Positions 54,210 to 64,000 of a DNA stretch of 64,000 nucleotides are shown here, in pieces; position 1 is the stretch's first letter; each line of letters starts with the position of its first letter. The translations under genes were made by a program, and so were the position numbers. The stretch comes from Eledone cirrhosa (taxonomy: Eukaryota). Where the stretch lies: contig OZ024743.1 of the NCBI GenBank assembly GCA_964016885.1, positions 277,140,001 to 277,204,000 on the forward strand. Direction: 5' to 3'. The notes below the pieces were generated by a model. That model was given only the letters and a program-made list of their open reading frames with translations, ran no database searches and was not told the DNA's origin.

Positions 54210-55485
54210 AGAGATAGACTTGAATGAAATTAATACAATTTCAATTTCTGATTTGCTATCGAAACAGTTTGAGCTTAGATGATGGGCAAAGTATCTTGGT
54301 AGTTTTTTAAAGATTGGTTCCAATATGGTCGCTCTCTCAGACTAGTAGTTTCTACATTGGAACAAATAGTACCAAAGAGTTTCTGGAAAGACACCACAAG
54401 AACATAGATGTGAATCTTAACGACTTGTTCTTGATAGAATGTAGTTCAAAGGTATATGTCTAGTTCAAAGCTAGCATAGGTTCTATAATTATTTTTGAAA
54501 GACCAAGTAGCTCTATAACTCACTCTCTTGTCTGAATATTCCCCGTCTGCGTAGTAGACCCAACTGTTGAAAGAGATAGACTGTATGATAGTGTTATAGA
54601 GTTCTTTTGCTTCCTCTTTTGTTTTTAATCATTATGTTAAATGATTTTAATTGTTCTACGCATGGAGGAAACCAATTATTATGCTGTTTTCTTCTGCATT
54701 TAAACTGAGCAGTTAACAATTTGCATTTCCTGAACTCTTCTACCAACTAGTGAGTTGGGGTTAACCCTGCTTCATGAAAAATCGCTATCTTGGGAGTAGT
54801 TCTTAGAACCCCAATATAGTTTTGCCAATGGGGTATGGAATCTATCAATAGTTTGAAGATACTTGGTACTTGTGGGACCGCAAACCTAGCTGTCATACAA
54901 CAATTCAGCGTTGATGACTCTCTTATTATACAGTCTCAAGTGGTTGTATATTAGGCAGTGGAAATTCTTTGAGATTACTTTAATTGTATGCTATGTTGAA
55001 GTTTTTTTTCCAGTGTGTATTTGAGATGAATTTCACATTTCAAATCAGATTGTAACCAAATGCCTAGAATATTGATGGATGGATTTTTGTGGTATCAGTA
55101 GTTGGTTCATTAAGTATATTTTATTGCATTGACGATTGATGGGTTCAGGATTATGGAAATGAACCAGCTATATTTTAGAGGGATCAAATTGTTGGTCATT
55201 TTCGTTTAACCTTTCAGTTGCAGTTGATTTTTCATAATTGGAATCTGTGATATGACTGGGTCATATCACTTCTTAGTTGTTTTAGTTCTTCACACCACCA
55301 TGCATAATTGTAGTTGTTATTCTTATTACTGCTATTTTTATTTGGATGGAAACACGTAAAAGGTACTTTCTCAGTTATTGTATTCTGTATTTTGTCGATA
55401 AATATTTATAGACTTGTTTTTAGCTCTTCAGCTGAGTGGACATTGTATAATTTATTGTGGGGTGATAATTCTGCTTCTAAGTAAT
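54210..55485 (-). mobile_element. Highly decayed LINE-like RT relic
   Basis: The minus strand near 55020-55075 reads INILGIWLQSDLK, resembling the LG..SDL motif at the end of a LINE RT. There are many stops and the boundaries are approximate. Confidence 0.4.
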
Positions 55486-55487
55486 TA

Positions 55488-55565
<78 letters not shown>

Positions 55566-55667
55566 TTGATAACTTTGATAAGCTTCGGCCAGTGTTGGCC
55601 CTGGTTATGTCTAACTAATTAGTATCATAGACACACACACATATATATGTATGTATATATGTATGTC

Positions 55668-56226
55668 TCATGGTTGGGTCGTTGGCGACTAAACTGGCAA
55701 CCCCACCAAGGTTTCTTGGTGAGGAGGGTGACTTTGGACATCCTGCAGGACTAAAAACAAAACCTGTCAAAGGGCAAAGGAGCTCTTAAGAGTCAATGGC
55801 CATCCAAAATCACCGGGAGAGATGACCCCTTAGCCTTTGTCAAGGCAGAATTCTAGGAGAAGGAAAACTCTGATATAACACCTGCAACCCTGATGGTATC
55901 CAATGATGTTGACTTGTTCGTCTATTTGGTAAATATCATCTTGGTTAAGAGAGTGGGACTGGCTTTGTGCAGTGCCTTTGCTCACTATAAAAGCTTCACG
56001 GCACAGGCATTGCTTTATATCTGGAGATCTCTCTGCACTTGTCATCACATGGTAACATGGGCCCAGCACTATGTGTCAATAATTGTCACAAGTGTAGTGT
56101 TTCTACCAGAGTTTTCAAGTCGCTGGTTGGACTAAAAAGTCACACTCGTTCAGCGCATCGGTAGGGGTTCTCCTACATGGATATAAAGTAGTGGCCGTAC
56201 TCGAAAACGAGTTGGCAGCCACCATG
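55668..56226 (+). mobile_element. Roughly 550-bp non-coding repeat ending in (TATG)n, putative non-autonomous RTE-related element
   Basis: A second copy at 7817-8295 has the same 3' end (gagttggcagccaccatg). The motif ctaggagaaggaaaactctga resembles RTE 5' UTRs (recalled, not verified). Confidence 0.6.
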
Positions 56227-56238
56227 CATGTATGTATG

Positions 56239-56272
<34 letters not shown>

Positions 56273-56340
56273 TGTATGTATCTATGTATGTAGGTGTGTG
56301 TGTGTGTGTGTGAATGCATGTGTGTGTGTAATGTGGCACG

Positions 56341-56431
<91 letters not shown>

Positions 56432-56725
56432 CTACACGTCAAATATGGAAGTGTGACAGAACGACGTTTCTTGGGAGCCCCGAACGTCAAGACGATTAGT
56501 TTCACCGCCTTAGACCTAAACTTAATTAAAACTCAGAGTAGAGTGCACTCGTCAACATTGTCATTTTGATAATCATGACTATCATCATCATCATGATTAT
56601 CATCGTCGTCATCGTCATCGTCGTTGTTGTGGACACCATCATCATCAACGTTGTAATCAATCACTATCAACATATATTTGACAGTGAAGTGTCTCTTCAT
56701 ATTCGTTGTGTACACTCACACACAC

Positions 56726-56773
<48 letters not shown>

Positions 56774-56877
56774 GCGCGCACACACACACACACACACGCA
56801 CACGCACACGCACACGCACATATTTATATATACATGTGTGTTTGTATGTATGTGTAGTGTGTATATATGCATATTAT

Positions 56878-57062
56878 TGGTTTGGCAGTATTGGTAGAGC
56901 ATCAGACACCATGCTTTGCTGCATAGTTATAGCCCTTTGCGTTCTGAGTTCAAATCCCGCCGAGGTTAACTTTGCCTTTCATCCTTACGAGGTCGATAAA
57001 ATATAGTACCAGTAATATACTGGGGTAATTGCTGGCCTTGTGCCAAAAGTAGAAACATTATT
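56878..57062 (+). mobile_element. Full-length SINE family A
   Basis: A box TGGCAGTATTGG (56883), B box GAGTTCAAATCC (56946), core and (ATT)n tail. Confidence 0.88.
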
Positions 57063-57070
57063 ATTATTAT

Positions 57071-57660
57071 TTTTCTTTATTATTGGCCACAAGGGCCGAA
57101 CATAGAGGACAATTCAAAGACGAGGATAGTGGGGTTTACATAAATTCGTGTAAAAAAAATGCAACAAAAACAATTAACAATGCAATAAAAACAACAGAAT
57201 TCCCCAATATGGGTGATATCAACCTGGGGTGATGTTAGCTAACCCCAAAGTCCTAACCCGTCTTAATCTCCTAGAGCACCCTATGAAAATGCCCCTCTCC
57301 CCTTTAATCCGTCCAGCCTACAGGCACATGATCTGAGTAGGCTCATTCACATGGCCCTTCCTTGCAACAATCACCCACCTTTTCACAAATGTACTGGGGG
57401 CAGCACTCCCCTCTCCACCCTCCCCTTCCTTTCCAATTGGAACTTGAAAGAGTTGACGAGGGTTTGGCACAAAAGAAAAGTGTCTGTCTTCAGTGCTTTT
57501 AGCCTTGTCCACCATACAACCTCTTTCGCTACGACCACCAGACAGAGGAAAACTGCCTGTCCTTCCCAGCCAAAAGAAGGCGGCGGGGCGATCTTCACTA
57601 TCAATTTGGTCAACAGATGGATTCGTCCTACACGCGATAACAGCTGTTCGACATAACTCC
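57071..57660 (-). mobile_element. Tx1-clade LINE 3' end (ORF2 C-terminus + 3' UTR)
   Basis: IVKIAPPPSF...AVFLCLVVVAKEVVWWTRLK...FVKRW. The 3' end gtggccaataataaaga parallels copy B. Confidence 0.8.
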
Positions 57661-57750
57661 GCTTTTTTATTCTTATTTATCGATCTCTCTTTATCGAACA
57701 ACTAAGTTACGAGACACAAATAAACGCTAAAATACACACACAAATGTATG

Positions 57751-58600
57751 TTATCTCTTTCTTTTAATTTTGAGTATATTTTTTGACCGGCCACCTTCCT
57801 GGTGGCACGGTTGTAAAAGAAAAGGAATTGTCATCCCTTGAATCGGAAGAATATTTTGCAAATTTTGAAGGTGCCAGCTATCGCAACCATTTGTAGACTA
57901 TGAAATAAGGAGCTGCGTTCTTTGTCCGCAAATCCAAGTTCAGTCATACTTTGGTCCAAGCGGGTTGGTATATAACCCGTAGCTCCAATAATGATGGGTA
58001 TGAAGCTAAAGGTGTATCTTGGATACTGGATTTGTAAACTCCTCATTAATGGTCCGTAGATGTCCTCCTCCTCCTGTATTTTTCTGACAACGTTTACATC
58101 AAGTGGGCAGCTGATCTCCACAACAGAACACGTTTTCAATGTGTGGTCCCAAACAACAATTTCAGTCCGGTTGTGCTTTAATTTGGTGGCAGTTTTTATT
58201 TTCAGGTTCCACCAGTATTCCTTAGTGCCATCTGTCTCAATATATTCTTCCTCGTTTGTTGTTAAATTTTGTTTTCCGAAGTGCGTTCCAGATGGTTCTA
58301 GCTATCCCATCGTGTCACATGGGGAGGTAGTAGCGAGATGACATTCTTTCGCAGCTGGCAACAATGTGGCTTACATCCTCGATCTTTGTTTTACATAGCC
58401 TACATTTATTGTCAGCTGATGGCCCTCCCCTTTTGTGCAGCAGATATTTGGTAGGGAGTTCTTGTTCCTGCATTGCATAGAGATATCCCCCAAGGTGTGA
58501 TGTCATAAACTTGTCGGAACTCCATGTCAGGCTTTTTGATTGGTTTATCCCCTCTATGGTCTGTGTTTTACGTCTCAAGTATCCATGTACAACTTTTTCT
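57751..58600 (-). mobile_element. R4/Dong-like non-LTR retrotransposon 3' fragment (CCHC + restriction-like endonuclease)
   Basis: AMQEQ, CRLCKTKIEDVSHIVASC, a PD-like motif (HNRTEIVVWD), VVEISCPLD and IIIGATG. The 5' junction is in (TATG)n. Confidence 0.88.
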
Positions 58601-59395
58601 GTATGTATGTATGTATGTATGTATGTATGTATGTATGTATGTATGTATGTATGTATGTATGTATGTATGTATGTACGTATGTATGTATGTATGTATGTGC
58701 ATGTATGTATACATCCACACTTTTAATGATTTGTGCATGCTGTCTGTATATTTATTTTAGCATTGTGTTGTGTTATGAGCAATAGCCCCATAATTACTCG
58801 TCTATTTTTTGGGGGTGGGGTGGGGGATTCTATAGAGTATGGACGTATTGTCTACTAATACTTTCAAGTCTACCCTTGTTTTATAGTTTACTGTCCAGTG
58901 TGATGCAATCGCCACTTTACATGTAAAACATTCTTTTGTAGGCATTTGCAACACACAACCCCAGCTTCATATTTGTATAGTCTACGAAAAACATTCTACA
59001 ATGTGTCCTTTATAAGGTGATAGGGCATCAATCGGCTGCTAATTCTAGCTGATCAAGTGACTATATAGTTGCCATCACTTTATTTTGTGAAATTGCTGTT
59101 GATAAAACTGGTATTATTTAAAACCTAGTCAATATTTTCTTTTTACGACACTAGCGTCTTTTTAAAAAGAAATTTGACTGGTATTTCTAAGAAATCGAAC
59201 GACAGCATAGTCATACTAGTTAAGCATAAATATTATCATTAACTATCAGTAATATACTAGGGTAGTTTCAGTCAACTGCACGACCTTGTTCGTAAGAAAA
59301 GAAAAATGTTTGTCTCATTTTTCATTATAACTAATCATTATGTTCCTTTGTTACCTGATCGTTGGATGACATGTCTTAAAATATTTATTTAGCCT

Positions 59396-59600
59396 AGGGC
59401 GGTGGATTGGCAGTATCGGTAGAGAGTCGAATACCATGCTTTGCAGTATAGAGTTACGGTCCTTTACGGTCTGAGTTCAAATTCCGCCGTGGTTAACTTT
59501 GCCTTTCATCCTTGCGGGGTCGATAAAATAAAGCACCAGTAACGTACTGGGGTCGATTTAATCGACTTTCCCCTCCACCCAAATTACTGGCCTTGTACCT
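59396..59600 (+). mobile_element. Full-length SINE family A
   Basis: gggcggtggattggcagtatcggtagag (A box), gagttcaaattcc (B box), core and tail. Confidence 0.88.
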
Positions 59601-60423
59601 ATAAATCCTTATTTATTTAGTCTGGTTCTTTCTGAGTTCAAATCCCGCTGATGTTAAAGTTAATCTGCCTCCTTATAAAATAATGAAGATGATACAATCA
59701 ATTACTTTCATCCCTCACAAAAACGAACAAAAGACTTTTTGTACTTGTATTAGAAAATATTTGTACTTCTTCGAGGGTATTTTTTGTTTGTCTATTGATT
59801 AAAGGTATTGATCTGTAACATGGACACAATATACAGATTTAAAGAAAAGTAGTAGAGGCGATTATATCGATCTGTCAGCACTTTAGTGATACCCATTTTT
59901 ATCCATCCCGAAATAACGAAAGGATGAAAGGCAAATTCGAGAGCGGGTGTGGCATGAACTCTGGGTGTAATAAAGAGACTGAAATACCACGTAGTATTTT
60001 TATTTTAATTTTATATATTGTTCTACCGATTCTATTAATCGAATACATTTATTGATTAAAGATATTGAAATTACTTTTGAAATGAAATATCTCCTGCTAC
60101 CTTCCAATTCTCTCTTAAAAAAACAACAAAACTAAACCTCCCAAATCAGACAAAACCAAACAAAACACCCTTCCCTAAATAAAAGAAACAAACAAGTATG
60201 AATATTTAAAATAATCTGTTACGGGTATAGTGTACATAAACACACCCAGGTAACGATTCTTACTCTGTAAAAGATGAAAAGACAAAATAATAATAATAAT
60301 AAACATGCCTAATTACAGACTGTTTTCTGTAACTATGTTCGATTACACCATCAAACTTCGATATTGTATTTATTTAATCATTTATTTATTTATGTAATCA
60401 TTTATCTAGTTGTATAGGTTTTG

Positions 60424-60457
<34 letters not shown>

Positions 60458-60475
60458 TCTCTCTCTCTCTCTCTA

Positions 60476-60581
<106 letters not shown>

Positions 60582-60654
60582 ATTTAACTTTTTTTATATT
60601 TCTTTTGCAACTTTACTGATTTTCCTGCACCTAATTTTGTCGATACTTTTGGAT

Positions 60655-60900
60655 CTTCTTCTTCTTCTTCTTCTTCTTCTTCTTCTCAACTCCTCCTCCT
60701 CCTCCTCCTCCTCCTCCTCCTCCTCCTCCTCCTCCACCTCCTCCTCATCATCATCATCATTCTTCTTCTTCTTCCCTCCCTCCCCTTCCTCCTCCTCCAC
60801 TTTCTTCTTCTTCTTTTCTTCTTCTTCTTCTTCTTCTTCTTCTTCTTCTTCTTCTTCTTCTTCTTCTTCTTCTTCTCCTCCCCGCCTCCTCACCCTCCTC
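60655..60900. repeat. (CTT)n/(CCT)n polypyrimidine microsatellite
   Basis: Direct reading of the sequence. Confidence 0.9.
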
Positions 60901-61736
60901 ATATATATGCCAAGCTGAGTTCCACTTGCAACCCACTTACCTTTGTGTATATCTGGAACTACATTGTCAAACGAATCCTCCTATTTTAACACAGTAACAT
61001 ATCATTTTCTTCTAAGAATAAGATTTAATTTGTGAAATTATTTCTTAATTTGAAATAATCTTCCTTGTTCACAATTACCGCTAGGTGTTTGTTTTCTTAA
61101 GAAGTAAATTTCGACTAACTAATTGAATCTTTTGCTTACGTCATTCCACACGTCACCTCTTAACGTATTTACATTTACGCTCTTGTTCCACTTGAGGTAT
61201 TTCCATTAACTCATTATATTTTTAAATTATGAAAATTATTCCGACCAATAGGTTTCTCGTAAACCTTTTATTATATGCACAAACTCTTGTCAAATGCTCA
61301 AAACAGCCTTCAGTAAATAATATTATACAGCTGAGCTCCGATCAGAATAGAACATGCCCATGGTTGTTTATACAAAGTCAAACATGCGTGTGTGTGTGTG
61401 TGTGTATACAAACGGAAATTTTTTTCTAGTTACTCGAGTTTCATGTCACTACAACCTTCGGATGAGAGGTTATTGCTCTGTACACCAAGTCTTCTATATT
61501 CATTGTTGTGGGCTTGATCACTTCATTTCTCGATTCAAGTGCTTGATCTCTGCCTTTCTATGTTTAGATATGATTTGCATGTATTTACCTCGCTATTGTA
61601 TTTATGGTATGCCTGTTGTTTTTCTTTTGTAAGTCGTATTTTTCTCTTTTTTTTGTTTGTTGGTCAGTGAGGTATTATTTTATGGTCAGATGAATTTTAG
61701 CAGGTAGGTATGTGTAAATATCAATTATATTTAGTG

Positions 61737-61910
61737 GATTGACAATATCGGTAGTGGGTCGGACGCCATGCTTTGCAGCATAGAGCTTTTATGGTCTGAG
61801 TTCAAATCCCGCCGAGGTTAACTTTTTCTTTCATCCTTACGGGGTCGATAAAATAAAGCCCCAGTAATGCACTGGCATAATTGCTGGCCTTGTGCCCAAA
61901 GTAGAAACAT
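61737..61910 (+). mobile_element. SINE family A
   Basis: B box gagttcaaatccc, core and tail as in the other copies. Confidence 0.85.
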
Positions 61911-62306
61911 TTATATTCTGTGTTATTTGGGGAGTGGTTGTAATATAGTGAAAGTTGTTTTGAAAATGTTTAGTGTGCAAATGAACTATTGAATTGGTCG
62001 CCCATTTTTATGTTTATTGGTCAAGCATTTGTTTATGGTCCGATGCTTTTTAGTAGGTAGGAATGTTTAAATGAACTATTGACCCGATCTGTTTTTGTTA
62101 TGTAGAAATGTATTGTTTTGAAAGTGGTCATAGTGTGAAGGAACTATTGACCTGGTCATCTTTTATTAATGGTTCTTTGGTCAAGCGCTTCGTTTGCTAT
62201 ACACCTGCTACAATGAATATAGACGCGCGTTAATGAAGTATGGTACGCCTCATTTACACATAGAAAGAGACACAAATGAAATCATATATAATGATACGTA
62301 CATATA

Positions 62307-62500
62307 CGAAGGTAGCCCGAAAAGTTCATAGGTTGACAATGAAGGAGTGATGCTAGAGGTGGGAAATCTTACATGCATTAATTTCAAATTTCTTTATTAA
62401 TAACTGCATTGTTTCTTTCCAAGGACTATGTTGAAAAACCTCATTTGGACATTCCATGAGAATATCTTGGTCAGCTTATGAACCTTTCAACCGACCCTCG
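62307..62500. mobile_element. Mariner-type MITE
   Basis: TIRs cgaaggtagcccgaaaagttcataggttgac / gtcagcttatgaacctttcaaccgaccctcg, with TA on both flanks. Confidence 0.75.
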
Positions 62501-62539
62501 TATGATGATCGTCGGGAAACTGCTATAGGGTATCTGGTT

Positions 62540-62700
62540 ATAACTTTTTACATTCTGGTTTCAAATGCTACCGAGGCCAACTTTGCCTTTCTTCATTCCG
62601 GGGTCGATAAAATAGAGTTCCAATCAAGTAGTGGGGTCAATAACGTCGACATTTCCCTCCTCCCACACTGCAGGTCTTGTGCATAAATGTGAAAACCCTA
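62540..62700 (+). mobile_element. SINE family A (diverged)
   Basis: ggtttcaaatgctaccgaggccaactttgcctttcttcattccggggtcgataaaat. Confidence 0.7.
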
Positions 62701-63761
62701 TTTCTAAGATTACCAACATGGTATTCTAGATAAACATTTCACTATATCCGAGTAGCAGCGATATCTCATATTGTTCTAGAGAAGATTCAAGTTGATCAGC
62801 CAGTATCCGTTAGTTTTTGCACTCTGAATCTTTTTATCTTCGAATATTCACCCGTTCGATACATCGTTCTATATAACCAGCTCCCCTCCTTATCTTCAGT
62901 TAGATGTTAAATACTTTTGTTCCGTCTTCGGATAGATGGATCGATAACCGATATAAAGAACACGGAAATGGAAGCCAACTTGCTTTTTGATTCTATTCTC
63001 TAGTCATATCCTCCATGTCAGCCCACCTCCCAATACATGCACCTCGATTATTCTCCTCTGTAGTAACACCAACACCAACGCCAACACCAACACCAATAAC
63101 ACCACCAATACAAACACCAACACCAACACACTAACACACCAGCACAAACACCTACACCATCAGCACTAACACACCAACATCAACCAATACCAACACCAAC
63201 ACCAACACCAACACCAAAACTTCGATGCTGCCTGAATGATCAATGTATCTCATTTCAAGTTGATATTTAATGCCTAACTTTCATAAATCTTTAGTCGTAT
63301 GTTCTGTCATCTTCCATGTGTTGCACCATTAATAAGATCTTCACAGATCGCATGGGAATTAAAGAATGTTTTAGAAACTCCCAAGCTGCTTATTATGACT
63401 TCATATCCGAATACGATCACCAACAGATCTCCTCTTATCAATAATGCTGATAATATTAATAATACTAATACTAATAATAATAATTATAAAACAATAACAA
63501 CATCAATGACGATGGTGATGATGATGATGACAATAATATAATGATAATACTAATAATAAGCATACAATGATGACAATGGCAGCAATAAATTCAATAAGGG
63601 ATCAATTATTAATAATTAAGTGTATTTTTAATTGAACATTTATTTGGGAACATAAAAAGACATGGGATTTGTGAGTGTATGTATGTGTGTGTATGTATAT
63701 GTATTGCATATTTATGTGAGTGCAGATGTGTACGCGATATTATTCGTTTCAGATGGCGAAT

Positions 63762-63796
<35 letters not shown>

Positions 63797-64000
63797 CTCT
63801 CACACACACACTAACACACACACGCACACACACACACCCACACGTACACACACATACACACACGCGCGCGCGCACATACACACCCATATATATATATATA
63901 TAGATGCATGCATAGATGTACATTTTCATTCGTGTGTTTCTGTGTGAATATGTATATTGTGTATGTGTAGAGGAAAAACAAATACCGTCAAAAAGATTTT

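Noticed and set aside
59396-59490. tRNA gene
   Set aside because: A and B boxes are present, but there is no cloverleaf and the sequence continues into the SINE core.

Overview
This is repeat-dense, AT-rich eukaryotic DNA with no host protein-coding gene I can support. The SINE families and the abundant (TA)n/(CA)n/(TATG)n/(GA)n microsatellites suggest a cephalopod (Octopus-like) genome, which is an inference. The window holds two related Tx1/L1-clade LINE copies (1-4460 minus, 25023-28767 plus) plus older Tx1 relics, and a near full-length Penelope-like element (PLE; RT + GIY-YIG, Naiad-like, 17712-21946) with 198-bp direct pLTRs. It also holds three co-terminal fragments of an R4/Dong-like RLE retrotransposon next to (TATG)n, a CR1-type RT fragment, many tRNA-derived SINEs, two mariner-type MITEs and two large GT-rich minisatellites. 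The most striking hidden signal is about a dozen sequence-diverse type I hammerhead ribozyme motifs (CUGANGA...GAAA...UH with pairing stems). They occur in the PLE pLTRs and in short unique islands between (TA)n tracts, several inside long palindromes. This points to many PLE families or non-autonomous ribozyme elements repeatedly colonising (TA)n microsatellites. All folds were read by eye; no searches or folding software were run.
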